This document shows, piece after piece, positions 13,136 through 26,629 of a DNA stretch of 64,000 nt. Source of the stretch: Chiloscyllium plagiosum (Eukaryota); contig NC_057753.1 in assembly GCF_004010195.1 (NCBI RefSeq), positions 630,330 to 694,329 of the forward strand, read 5' to 3'. The position numbers and the translations under genes are program-made. The notes under the pieces are model-generated. The model worked only from the letters and a program-made list of their open reading frames with translations. It had not been told where the DNA came from and did not search any database. Positions within the stretch are counted from its first letter, which is position 1, and every line of letters starts with the position of its first letter.

Positions 13136-14103
13136 CATTAAACTTTTGCTTCCAAAGTGTTTTGGAAATAAAATATCAAAATGTGTAGTGTTACAATTCT
13201 GTTCGGGGTCCACCGAACACTACGAGATCTGTGAGAATACCATTAAGTCATCATGTAAGTTTGTACAACAATAAATGGATTTTAAATCAGACATCTTTTG
13301 GTTTTCCTGTTGTGTTGAGAATGTGAAGAAGACTAAATATCAGGATCTAACTATGGAAATGTCATTTTCCTATTTGCATCTCATCTGCAAGTTGTGAATA
13401 GAGATCGGAGTGCTTAATAGTGTCAAAGAGGTAGGGAAGACAGAGATAGTTGATTTGGAGGGAGTGCTACGTAATTGGGTGTAACAAGTGCCATGTATCT
13501 ACCTTCAGCCAATTAAAAGCTGACATCAGGAATCAGACTTAAATAGCATATCATGATGGTTTGCTACCTCGAACCTGATCTCTGAAAGTTCATTGATATC
13601 TCAAGTATGTAAATCCCTTAAGATGTTTCTAAAATGTGATGAGATATTCATCGATATGACAGAACAGAACTTGTCCCCATTAAGGGATTGTTCTTGATTC
13701 AGTTTCCAAAGGCATAAATAACTTATCTGGCATTGTACTTAAATGTGACAAAAAGGATTCTTTTTGAAAAAAATACGAAACGATTTCTGTCACCTTCACT
13801 TCCCAAATGTTATTCCAGGTGCGAGAAGAGAAATTCATTACCTCTACCAGATGATACATTTAACCCATAAGTTCCAAGAACGAGAGGGAATTACTCTTTC
13901 GGGAATTGCTTCGGATCGTAGAGGCAATTCCAATTCTCTTATGTGCAGGAGCAGGAATTCCGATAGTATGCATGACCTCAGTTATTACAACATCAACAGT
14001 CCACGAACTGTACATGGTCTTGACTCCCAGTAGTTGCATGTAAGTGCTGAACATTGGATGAAGGTGCATCCAAATCTTCAAACTTTGCGTTTTCTGTGAA
14101 AGA

Positions 14104-14650
14104 GTCATCGAGTCATAGAGATATACAGCATAGAAGCAGACCGTTCCGTTCAAGATGTCCCTGACAAAAAGATATTGTAAGCTATTCTAGTGCCATTTTC
14201 CAGCCCTTGGGCCATATCCCGCGCAACCCTTTCTATTCATATACCCATCCATATGTCTTTCAAATGCTGTGATTGCACCATCCTCCACCATTTTCTCTGG
14301 CAGCTCATTCCATATATGTGCCACATTCTGTGTGCAAAGGCTGCCCCTTAGGTACCATTTATATCCTCCCCTCTTATACTAAAAAAACAAATCCCTTTAA
14401 TTCTGGACTTCCCCACCTCAGGGAAAAGACTTGTCTGTTTTCTCCTACCAATGCCCCTCATAATTTCTCTAGGGTTAATAATTAGTCTCATGTTCCAGAG
14501 AAAACAGCCCCAGCCTATTCAGGCTTGCCCTATAAGTCAAATCCTCCAAAACTGGCAACATGCTTGTAATTTTTTTCCTCACACTTTTAAGTTTCACAAC
14601 ATCATTTCGATAAGAAGGAGACTAGAATTGCACTCAATATTCCAAAAGTC
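14104..14650 (-). mobile_element. CR1 LINE 3' end
   Basis: gagtcatagagat tail and 3' UTR shared with 53285-54330. Confidence 0.7.
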
Positions 14651-15156
14651 TAAAACTCCAGCCCTTTATTTCATGATCTCAAGCCCAGACTCATCACGAA
14701 GTTGCTGCCAGTACACAGTTAGGTTTCCATAAACCCCTGTTCATATTCAATATTTACCATGTTGTCAGCTTGAAAGGCAAACACACACTAATCGACTTTT
14801 TCACACTATCCTTCATCATTTCAATTACTGTTAAAATTTCTTTATACCAGTTTCTATGTCAAAGCAACATAAACCTCCCTCTGCGTCCTGCTTTCTGTCG
14901 TTCTTTTTTGTGTAGACCCCTTAAATCTTGACATCAATTTATGCAATGCTGTGATATCGCTTTAAACTATCTATACGGATTGCCCTTTCGTTATCTGTGC
15001 TGTTACGCCTCCTTTCAGTCTTATGTCTTTTGTCAAGAGAAGTGTCGATTTTCTGTCTTAAATGTAGGAACTTTGTTTCACACTACAAAAATAGAATTCT
15101 CTTTATTCACGAATTTCGATGAATTGATCTGTGGGAGCTCTACACTGAGGCGTGCA

Positions 15157-15205
15157 TACACACAGACACACACACAGAGACACACAGACAGACACACACA
15201 CACAG
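15157..15205. repeat. (CA)n/(CAGA)n microsatellite
   Basis: Directly visible. Confidence 0.9.
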
Positions 15206-16231
15206 TAGACGGAATGATGCTTATGATGTCTCTTCCTAGAAATGGTCATTGTCTGACAAGTGGCAAGAATCTAGCTTACTGCGTGTCTGCCCAAGCCTGG
15301 ATTCCATACAGTTTTCTCCTGCATTTTGGACGTGGAATGCTGATGTAGAACATCGTCAAGTTTGTTACTTTGTCAAAACAGTCAATCTCTGTTCGCAAGA
15401 GATTTGGGGAACAACAGTTGCCTCTTCTCTAGTATGTCTAAGTATGATAATATTGAATAAAATGCAAGTTTTTATATTCATATAACATATTAACCTTTAT
15501 TTATATGCTAATGTCATTAAGGACAATTGTTAAGACGCTGAATGTTAATGACCAAGTCCACTACCACCCTTTCCCTACCCAGCTAGCACTTCATCCACCA
15601 GAAGCTAGCCATTCTGTTCACCAAATGAATGCATGCAATGACACCAGCAAGTGGAATTAATGTATAAATTGTGCATAACAACCAAAGATTTTCCATCCCG
15701 TATTATACGTGGTGGAACCGTTCTGCTACCTGATTACAGTCCTGGGAAGTAAATGACATGCCAAAAAAAAAGACACGGTGCCATACGTGACCTTGATCAG
15801 AGTAAATCATCTCGATTTATGATTAATAAGAATAAAGTATTACTCCCTCACGTTAGGTATATTCTCATATTGTCCCAGGAGTTCTGTGTTCTCATCTGAT
15901 GATGCACTACTGAAAGAATCATAAAATTACAAAATATTTTCAGTCCAAACATTTTGTTATGGTGTAGCGATGGTTAAGTGCTGGAAAAAAGAATGGATGA
16001 AATTTGTCGCGACTGTTCAGTCAGGAAAGATTAAATGTGTTTCAAGATAATGGCAGCGTATGAATTTATATACCATGAATACTCTCGAATTTCTGACAGC
16101 TCTGTCTTAGTGGTTTCAATAATTTCAGCATTAGACTATGTGGTGATTAATGCATTGAACAGAAAAGGCAGAAGTATGAGATTTTCAAGAAGAAATTATT
16201 TGATGTGCAAAACAATAGCCTAATGCAGATT

Positions 16232-16650
16232 ACATAGAACATAGAACATAGAAGAATACAGCGCAGTACAGGCCCTTCGGCCCTCGATGTTGCGCCGATC
16301 CAAGCCCACCTAACCTACACTAGCCCACTATCCTCCATATGCCTATCCAATGCCTGCTTAAATGCCCATAATGAGGGAGAGTCCACCACTGCTACTGGCA
16401 GGGCATTCCATGAACTCACGACTCGCTGTGTAAAGAACCTACCCCAAACATCTGTCCTATACCTACCCCCCTTAATTTAAAGCTATGCCCCCTTGTAATA
16501 GCTGACTCCATATGTGGAAAAAGATTCTCACTGTCGACCCTATCTAAACCCCTAATCATCTTGTACACCTCAATCAAGTCACCCCTAAACCTTCTTTTCT
16601 CCAATGAAAACAACCCCAAGTGCCTCAGCCTTTCTCATACGATCATCCTT
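16232..16650 (-). mobile_element. Young 5'-truncated CR1 3' end with (CATAGAA)n tail
   Basis: ORF GLFSLEKRRFRGDLIEVYKMIRGLDRVDSENLFP...TRGHSFKLRG; heptamer-repeat tail. Confidence 0.9.
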
Positions 16651-18434
16651 GTGCATTGGATCCAAACCATGTTTTGCAAAGATTAAGGAATAAATTTCAA
16701 CCTCCTGCTTTTGGCTCTCAGCCATGTTTTGTCGACACAGAGAATTAGAAGGGAACAAGAATGATTTATGAACCGATATGTCAACGTATGAGATGCAGCA
16801 TGGGAATCTGTGGTAGCTTGCCCATCTGCATAGGAAATGAATGTATGGCGCAAATTTAACAACCGTACGTGTTTAAATATGTAATATTCAAGGGAGTTGC
16901 AAAGTAAATGTTATTTATGCCAATCACTACTGTTAAGAAAACACTTGGCTATGATGTTTTTCTCTCTCCCTGCCAACGTCACTGTGCAACTGATCCCATT
17001 GATACACAATTTCCAAGCAGCCCTGTACCAGTTGCAAAGCAATTCCATGAAAGCCCTGTCTCCTGAACGGACTACATAATTCAGAAATTTATGTCACAGT
17101 GCTTTTTTCTTTTCACATCCCTGCATCTTTCCTGACAAAATAATAATGTCTCCTTTAATTAGCTTTTGTCACTTTAAACTAACTCAAACGTGCAGCGATC
17201 CTACTATCCAGTATCATCACATATAATTCCTTTCTTCCCTTTATCTTGCATCAAACCCAAACATCGAAACCAAGCATCGACACGAGACGCCTTTCAGCCT
17301 GTAACATTCTCAAATATTTCATTTGTCCCTCCTTTCTCATTGCACTGTCGCATTCAAAGCATATCATATCAGCAATTTCTCACCCCATTGCAGAGTTTCG
17401 TTTCGATGCTATCATTCCTTTTCCCACAGGCCTGCATCATGATTGTACTAATTGCAGAAACTCACATTTGCCTATAACTATGCAGGAATGTTAACCTTTA
17501 TTTAGTAATAAAACTAGTTTCTGCTCTCTCAACATAGCTGTGTATCCATTTTCAGCTCGCCCCACATCTCTGCGCTTCACTATCAACAAAGATGAACCAA
17601 AAACACAATTGGATCGAAAATATAACATTGCCTCACATTCTCTTAAATAATATAAATTCCAATCATTGTTGTTTTCTGTAAAAACTGAAGATGAACATGT
17701 TAACAAGGAAAAAAGATACAGAATCTTCCTACTTTGTCATGCTGAATGGCGACAAGAACAGAATGGCAATCGCAGTTAAAGCACACAAAATGTGGTCGAT
17801 ATAAAACATAACATAAAAGGACGTGGAACCGAAAAAGCAACAGGTTTCAGCAGCAGAGAGAAAACAGTTCGGACTATGATCCTGGGTTGGTGCGAGAGTG
17901 CAACTTGGAAACTGGGCCTGGATTGTCTGGAGTTTTGACGAATGAGAGCTGACTCGATTGAAACTTACAAAATACTTAAAGCAATAGACAGGGTCGATGC
18001 AGGTCATGTGTTGTTCCCCCACCACCTCCACCCGCAGTCGTCGAGTTAAGAATCTGACGAACAATCTACAAATAAGGGAGTTGCGACTTTTGAGAAAAAA
18101 AAACGATACGATTCATTTTCTCCCTTCAATAGTCGTGAACTTTTGGAAATCCATCCTACAGCCTGAAAACGAATTTCAGTTTTTGAGAGCATTTAAAGTA
18201 AGCATTGATCGATTTCTGATTGCCAATGGTGTTATGCGTTATTGGAGCACTGTGGCTTTGAGCATTCTATCAGGCACGATCGTATTAAATTGCAGAGAAT
18301 CTTCAGTGGGTTAACGATTCTCCACATAGCGAAGACGTTCTTCTAAAAAATGAAACGTTTAAGAATGGAAGTACTAGTTGTCTTCACACGGTACATGCAT
18401 GACCAGTGGCATGCCTGCTCTGCAGTAGCTTAAT

Positions 18435-19560
18435 CTATGGGCTGCTAGATGCATTTGTGGCAACAACCAGCTGACTAATTTTTTCTGTATTTGCTTTCTG
18501 TTTTATCTGCCCAATGTAACGCAGATCACATCGTAAACAGGTGAAAACAATGAACTGATTCGAGTGAAGTACTGTTGATAGTGCCGGGAAGAAGGCATAC
18601 GATGTGTTAGGTTTTATTGTCAGTGGGATTGAGTTCCGGAGCTGCAATATCATGCTGCAACTGTACAAAACACTAGTGCGGCCGCACTTGGAATATTGTG
18701 CACAGTTATTGGTCGCCATATGTGGAAGCATTGGAAAAGGTGCAGAGGAGATTTACCAGGATATTGCATGGTCTGGAAGGATGGTCGTGTGAGGAAAGGC
18801 TGAGAGGCCTGGGTCTGCTTTCATTGGAAAGAGGAAGGCCAAGAGGGGATTTCATAGAGATATACAAGATGACCAGAGGATTACATAGGGTAGACAGAGA
18901 AAGTCTTTTTCCTATAATGATGACGTCACCTTGTAAGAGGGGCATAGCTACAAATTGAGGGGTGATAGATTTAAGACAGATGTCAGAGGCAGGTTCTTTA
19001 CTCAGAGATTGGTAAGGGCGTGGAATGCCCTACCTGCCAATGAAGTTAACTCAATCACATTCGGGAGATATAAGCAATCCTTGGCTAAGCACATGGATGA
19101 TGATGGGATAGTGTAGGAGGACGAGCTGAGAATAGTTCACAGATCGGCGCAACACTGAGATCCAAAGAGCCTGTTCTGCGCTGTATTGTTATATGTTCTA
19201 TGTTCTTCGTACAGATAATTCAATCGTTCCATTGGAAGCTATGTCTGGAACCTTGGGTATTAAGGAGTGTGGAGATAAATCGTAAATGTTGCACCTTCTG
19301 AGATTGCAGAGGACGACGCCATGCGGATTGTAGGAGATGTTAGTTGGAAGATGATTGGAATAGAATGTCCAAGAGTGAAATATTCGTGCAAGGGATGGGG
19401 TGGGAATATGTGAGTAATGGTAGCATCCAGTTGGACGTAATGGAAAAGATGAGTTTTGATGATTCCAATGAGGATGCCAGTGTGTGGAACGTGAGAACGA
19501 GTGGAACGTTATTGGAGGGATGAGGAGGTGTGAGGAATCGGTTATTGAAAACTGCTCTCT
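18435..19560 (-). mobile_element. Neptune-like Penelope GIY-YIG region split by a CR1 insertion
   Basis: GVVLCNLRRCN (~19290-19325) and SNQFIVFTCLRCDLRYIGQIKQK (~18495-18570) are the Cys-rich linker and YIG half of a PLE endonuclease, on either side of the CR1. Confidence 0.65.
18571..19206 (+). mobile_element. 5'-truncated CR1 3' end, same subfamily as 16232-16650
   Basis: LQLYKTLVRPHLEYCAQ and ALEKVQRRFTRIL...GDFIEIYK; ends in tatgttctatgttct. Confidence 0.9.
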
Positions 19561-19617
19561 ATCAGTAGTTGTCCATTGTGTACAACTCTTATCATTTCCT
19601 TTGCACTTTGTTAAAGT

Positions 19618-19732
19618 CATGGAAATGTGTTGCTGGAAAAGCGCAGCAGGTCAGGCAGCATCTAGGGAACAGGAGAATCGACGTTTCGGGCATTAGCCCT
19701 TCTCCAGCATCTCCAGACCTCACTTTCTCCTC
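19618..19732. mobile_element. PLE-terminus insertion with internal inversion and 12-bp TSD
   Basis: CTTTGTTAAAGT at 19606-19617 and 19733-19744; the terminal ~30 bp is inverted relative to the rest. Confidence 0.85.
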
Positions 19733-19929
19733 CTTTGTTAAAGTTACCCTTGAGCTGTAACTTCATGCACTCAATAACTTTTCCTTTAGGTTCCATTTTG
19801 TTCCACATGCACACCACCATTTCAGCATAAACACCATCACGTTTCCACCTTGTGTTTGAAACATTAATTTTATTTTTCTCCTACAATTACAACACGCCTA
19901 TTGAGCTTGTGCAGCACTTGCTGATTCTT

Positions 19930-20250
19930 CAGATAAACACGACTTTTGTTTTCTGTTCTTTTACCCAAATCAGTGACAATTCTGGTACTGTCTTTTGCAT
20001 TTCATGAACGTGAATCCCAAACTGATTGTCAATGTAATACTTCACACAATCTGGACGATCCAGAAAATGCTGTGAAAATACAGCATAATGTCTGATCTCA
20101 GCAACTGTATTTCGAGATTCACAAACACGGTCAGGTTGGATACAACACCTTGCTTCATTATAAACAGCTGGAGCGACATCTGAATGTATGTGGAATTGCG
20201 TTGAGAAACAAGTTAGGATCAGTGTTACTCTGCAACACACGAGTTTGCTG
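19930..20250 (-). mobile_element. Penelope-like GIY-YIG C-terminal remnant
   Basis: AVFSQHFLDRPDCVKYYIDNQFGI resembles the PLE segment SAIGQHL...C...Y.DNQF.I, recognised from memory. Confidence 0.5.
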
Positions 20251-21549
20251 GTAACTCTGCATAATAGTTATGCTCCCTCGTACAAGCTTACGTAATCATT
20301 CTAGGAAAAAGACTTTCATTGGCTACCCTATCTAATCTTCTGATCAGGAGGCTATTCGTTGCAGACAGATAGGTCATCTGCATGAACTGCATGTGTTTTA
20401 ATTCGACAAAAGTGACAGCCGTTTGCTTATTCCTTGATGAGGGCAATGAACTCATTGATCTGAGTCAACGGGTCTGGTTTGAAATTTAGCAAAGCCTTGT
20501 CCTTAATTATCAATCGTTATCAATGCGTATCCTCTCTGTATCCACCAATCAAAACTTGCCAAACAATCAATATTTTCCCTTCATTCAGTACAAGTGTTGG
20601 CTTTTGCTTCCACTTGAAATTGTGACATTTCCTGATTTCCTTCAATAAAATTTATGTGTTTCTTCAGACCTCAGATTCTGTCAAGTCATATTATTAAAAT
20701 CAAGTTAGTCAAACATTTGAAGATCTGCACTTATTTTCTGCATTAAACTCCATTCCCGACTGTATCTGGCGTTATATTTTCTGCATTAGTTTTGTTTTCC
20801 ATTTACTTTGCCAGTCTTTTTGCCATCTGGTGATTGCCAGAATTGGTAGCTCTCCCTTTCCTAGTTCTGCTGTTGAGCTGAAAAATATCCTGTTTGAAGG
20901 ACTTCCATATTGTACTTACGTTTTTGCCTCCAAATGATTCATTCCAATTCCCTTAGTTAAGACTTGTTTTCAATTCACTGATGCTTGCCCTGTTGTGTTA
21001 GGTATCTTAAGGCTTGAGCTTTTAGTGCATATAATTTATGGCACTTTAGCACCAGATGTTATTGTGATGAGGGTTTCTAAATTCTGGTCAACTTCAGCGT
21101 GTTCCACATAATTCCATAGACATAGATTCAGCATGAGTTCCTCCATGATTCATCTGGAAAACCTTTAATTCAGAAAATATGAAACAGGGAAAGGGACAGT
21201 AGTGGATCATTCAATCCCTCGAACATTCTCCACCATGAAGTACACCAATCTCTGATCTGTTTGCATCATCCACATTTTTCTTTGTTCGCACAGAACTGAA
21301 AATATGTTGCCTTCTGTTTTGAATGTTCTCAATGACAGAGTATCAGAGTTATCTCGTGTGGGGAAATTCCAATGTTCCCAAACGATTGTGTAAAGGATTG
21401 TCTTCGTTCCATCTATAATAAAGTCATTGTTTTGCACATGAGGAAACAGACAGTTCAGTCAAAATGTATTCCACACAGGTAACGTAAATTAATCTAGACT
21501 AATCTTTCAACATTTGGATCATATTCTTCTTAGTCCGTATTACTCATAC

Positions 21550-22685
21550 AACGATCGAGACTCTTTTTAAATGTCGTAATTGTACCAGCCTCTACACCTT
21601 CCTTTGGCAACTAATTTCATATATAAACCGCCCTCTGCATGAAAAACGGTGGGCCTCACGTAGCTTTCAAATCTTTCCCCTCTCAGCTTTAAACAATGAA
21701 TCCAGCTTTGGACTCTTCTACCAGAGTTAAAAGGCATTGTGCATTCAACCTAAACATGTCCATCATGAATTTTTAAACAGCTGAGAGGTCACCCATAAGG
21801 TGCCTACTTCCGAAGGAAATCAATCCCACACTGTTCACCCTCTCCCTATAGCTCGAACCCTTCATCCATGTCAATGTCTTTTGCATTCGTTCAACGTTAG
21901 CAACATCTTTCCAAAAGCAGAGAAACAAGCATTATCACGTTTTCCATAAATGTGAAAACCAATGTTCTGTACAGCTGTAACGTGACATCCCAACATCTCT
22001 AATCAATGCACTGAGCAAAAAAGGCCAGCCAAACAAATGCATTCTTTACGACACTGTCAACATGTAAATCCACTTTCAAGTAAGTATGAAACTGAACTCC
22101 AAGACCTCTTTGTTAGGCAACACTCCTGAGGACCTCGCCATTATGTGCAAATGTCCTGCCCTAATTTACGTTTCAAAAATATATGAAATTGTATTTAAGT
22201 AAATTATTCTCTATCTCACTTCTCGGTCCATTGGCCGACGTGATCAAGTTCGCATTGTACTGCTCACGACATCAGCAATTTTGTTGCAGCCTGTAAACTT
22301 AATAACCTTTCCTGCTATATGCACATCCAAATCATTGATTTCAATGATCGAAAGCACTGGACCCTAATGAGCCCTTGTGACACACTACTGGTCACAGGTC
22401 TCAGCCCATAAACCAATCTCCCAACATCATGCTCTGTCCCCATTCTGAAGCCAGTTTTGTGTCCAACAGATAGCTTTCTCTGGATTCCATGTGTTTTATC
22501 CTTTTTTAACCAATCTACTATGCAGTTTCTCAGAACGCCTTGTTGAAGTCCATATATACAACTTTCCCCACTTTGATTTCATCAGTCTCCTTTTCATCTC
22601 TTCAAATTACTCAATAATTTTAATGAAATACGATTGCCCACGCACAAAGCCATTTTGACTATCCCTAATAAGTCTTTGCCTTTCT
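21550..22685 (-). mobile_element. CR1 LINE RT to 3' region, degenerate
   Basis: LERQRLIRDSQNGFVRGQS and downstream RT remnants. Confidence 0.75.
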
Positions 22686-22783
22686 AGGGTAATTGTAGGG
22701 GAATGGGTCTGGGTGGGTGCGCTTCGGCGGGTCGGCGTGGACTTGATGGGCCGAAGGGCCTGTTTCCACACTGTATGTAATCT
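22686..22783 (+). mobile_element. HE1-type SINE 3' fragment inserted in CR1
   Basis: Near reverse complement of 46871-46955 (gggccgaagggcctgtttccacactgta...taatct). Confidence 0.8.
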
Positions 22784-23289
22784 CAAAAAAATACTAGTCC
22801 CATAAAACCACCGATTAAGATTTACCAAAATTCAACTTTCCAAGGACCAACCAGATTTTGAACCTCTTTCTTTCTTCTTTGGGATTTCTGCTTCAGTGGT
22901 CACCTGTCAATAGAGGTACATTTAAGACATCTATTTTCCGGGCAGTCTTCAAATGTCGTTGGCTTGGCACTTCTCCTCTCAACTGTTAAATAGTACGCCC
23001 AAAGCATCGGATTGTGTCTTTGGCTTTTATGATTGTCAGTGTACAATTCAAACTTGATTGGAGTTATTTTGCGGGTGTGATTTAAACGGTTTGGCCTAAT
23101 TCGAACTTATTTTTGTCGTCTCCGGGCAACCAAATATTTGAGTTTTCAACGAAATGTTACATCGTATCTTTTTCTCAGAACTCTTAGTGCGGCCAGGAAG
23201 ATCTGCTTACCTTTAACCCTCTTAAAGGTACAGCGCACCCACATCTTCATGACATTATGATAGGCCATTCTGTAGTCAGATTTTCCTGA

Positions 23290-26200
23290 GGCCGAGAAAG
23301 ACACAGCAGAATAGTGTTTTTTGGCCTCCCTGGTCTCAGGATTAAGAATATCTATGGGGTCACAATATTTTCACAAAAAGGGAGAGGGACTAGCAGGAGG
23401 TAATTAGACACATTGGAATTAAAAACATTGAAAGAGAAAAGGACGAGGTTATGAGAAATGAATAAACGAGGTAAGGCAGGAATATAACAAATAGTTTCTT
23501 GAGGGCAATCATCTTTGGATTACTCCCAGTACGACGTGATAGTGAGGGTAGGGAACATGAGGATAAAGCAGATGTATATGTGGCTAAGAAGCTGTGCATG
23601 CGAAAAGGATTCACATTTTTGGAAGTTTGGAATCGTTTTAGGGGTAGAAGTGAAATCTAATTTCAAAGAAATCAGTCTGAAACTGGTACAGCTAGGTAAA
23701 GGAGCAGGTCAACAGTCAGCATAGGCATGAATAAGCAGAGAATAAGATAGGACTGATTAGTAGATCACATCCACTTTAATGCAAGAAGCCTAATTGGTAA
23801 GGCAGATGAACTCAGGACAGGATTGGGAACAGGAGATTGAGATATCACATCAGTCGCGGAGAGGTAGCTCAGGGATGGACACAACTGGTAACTTAATGTT
23901 CCATGGTACATAGACTCCCAGAAGGATTTTAAGGCGGGCAAGGGAGACGGGGATTGAGTTCTTGATTAAGGATAACATTATAGCAGTGCTTCGGTACAAT
24001 ATTCCTCAGAAAATGTCCAGGGGTGATAGTTGGGGAGAACTGAGAAATAAGAAAGGGACGATCGTCTTGTTGTGATTGTAGTATCGATACTTCAATATTC
24101 AGGAACAAAGTAAGAAACAAGTTTGTAAGGCGATGTCAGTTTTCTATAAGAATAACAGGGTGGTTATGGCCGTGGATTTTGACTTTCCAAACAGGACTGG
24201 AACTGTCATAGTTTTAAAAGCGTGGATACACAGGAATTTATTAAGTATGTTCAAGATTTTTTGTCTTATTTTCGTATTCAGAACGTGGATATACCTACTA
24301 GAAAATATTCAAAGTTGACCAAAAGCTTGTAAATAAAGCAGACAGATGACTGAGGTGTCAGTGGAGGAGTACTGCGGGGCCAGCGACCATAATTCTCTCA
24401 CTATTGAAATAGTGATGGAAAAGGATAGACCTAGTCTAAAAGATAATGCTCTTAATTATAGAAAGGCCAACTTTAATGGTGTCAGTTAAAATCTTTCAAA
24501 CGTTGATTGACACAGATGGTTGCAGGTAAAGAAATGGCTGAAACATTAGAAGTCTTCAAAATGGGAGTACAGAGACAGTATATTCCTGTTTGTGTGAAGT
24601 GCAAGGCTGCTATGTGCAGGGAATGCTGGATGACTAGAGAAGTTGTGGTTTTGTTCAAGAAAGCATACTTCAGGTCTTGACAGCAGGGATCGAGCTAATC
24701 CCTCGAAGAGTATAAAGGCAGTCAGAGTATACTTAAGAGGGAAATCAGGAGGGCAAAAAGGGGACGTAGGACAGATTTGACAACGATAGTTATGGGGACT
24801 CCACGGTTATGGAGAATCCAAAGAGATTCTACACATGTATTCAGTACGAAAGAGTAATATGGGAAATAACAGACAACCTTAAACATCAGCAAAGTCGCCT
24901 ATGTGTGGAATGATAGGAGATGGGGGAAGTACTAAACGAGTATTTTGCATCAATGTTTACTGTGGAGAAGGATATGGAAGACAGAGAACGGGAAAAGTGA
25001 ATAGCGACGTCTTGAAAAATGTCTATATTACCGAGAAAGCGGTGTTGGACGTCTTAAAATGCATGAAGTTGAATAAATCCTCAAGACCTGATATGCTCAA
25101 ACTCTGTGGGAATATAGGGAAGGGATTTATCTTCGCTTAGAAAGTTACTTATACTTTTGATAGCCACAGAGGGGGTATCAAAATGTTGGAGGTTGACAAA
25201 CGCGATGCCAGTATTTAAGAAAGATGAGAAGGAAAAGGCAAAAAACGATATACCGTTGAGGCCGACATCAGTGGTGGATAATCTGTTGTCGAGAATCCCA
25301 AAGGTCAGCACTTACATGTATTTGGGAAGGTAAAGACTGATTGGGGATAGTCAACATGACTTTCTGCGTGGGAAATCGCTTCTCACTAGGTTGATTAATT
25401 TGTTTGAGAAAGCAACTTAGACGATTGATGTGGGAAGTGCAGTGGATGCGATCTCGATGAACTTCACTAACATGTTCAGCCATTTTACTCCTGGTAGACT
25501 ATCAGAATTGTTACAATACACGTAATACACATAGAACTAGCCATTGGGATGCAGAACTAGCTCGAAAGTAGAAGAGACAGGATGGTGAAAGACGATTGCT
25601 TTTCACTCTGGAGGTCTGTGACCAGCTGCATGCCACAAAACTCGGCGACGGATCAACTGCTTTTGGTCATCTACATAAATTATTTGGATGTGAGCATAGG
25701 AGTTATGGATATTAAGATTGCAGTTAACAGCAAAATTCGAAGTGTAGTGTACAGTGAATAAGGTTTTCTTAAAATACAACGACACCTTGATCAGCTGGAT
25801 CTATGGGCTGAAGAGTGCCTGATGGAGTTTAATGTGGTTAAATGTGAGGTGCTGCATTTTGGAAAGGCATATATTTAACGGTCGGATTTAGGGAGTGCTG
25901 CTGAATGAAAATACCTTGCAGTAGAATTTCACAGTTCCTTGGAAACGAAGTCCGAGGTAGGATTGAGAAAAAGACATTTGGTTTGTTTGCTTTTATTGAT
26001 CAGTAGCCTGATTGTAGAAGGCGTCATGTCATTCTGCAGTTGGACTGGACATTGTTGAGGCCACATTTTGAATACTGTGCGCAATTCTGATCTCCCTGCT
26101 GAAGGAAAGATGCTGTGAAACTTGAAGGGGTTAAAAATAAATCATAAGAATGTTGCGAGGGTTAGCGCGTGTGAGATCTTGGGAGGGGCTGAGAGCTATC

Positions 26201-26595
26201 TTCCCTGGAGCGCCGGAGGTTGAGGTGTGACCTTATAGATGTTTATGAAGCCATGAAGGGGATATTAAGGGTGAACAGACAAGGTCTTTTTTCACCTGGA
26301 TTGTGGGAGCTCAAAACCAGAGGGCATTGGTTTCAGGTTGAAGGGGAAACATTAAAAAGTGACTTGTGGGACAAAACTTTCACGCAGATAGTGTTGCATG
26401 TCTGTCAGAGAAAGTGGTGGAGGCTGGAACAACCACAACATTTATAAAAATCTAGTTTGGTATATGATTAAGAAAGTGTCAAATGGACATTGGGTATATG
26501 CTGGCAAATGGGAGTAGGTTTATTCAGGATATCTGGTTGGCACGGAAAGTAGGACAGAAATGTTTGTTTCAATATTGTATTGCGCTGGGATTTAA
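23290..26595 (+). mobile_element. Long decayed CR1 (ORF1 esterase remnant, APE endonuclease, RT, 3' UTR)
   Basis: FGLLPV.R..SEGR (ORF1), FNARSLIGKADELR and ASDHNS (APE), DLIDVYEAMKGI...TRGH (C-terminus); many stops and frameshifts. Confidence 0.85.
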
Positions 26596-26629
26596 TGAAT
26601 TTTGGTCGTTTTCCAAATAAGTAATGGGA

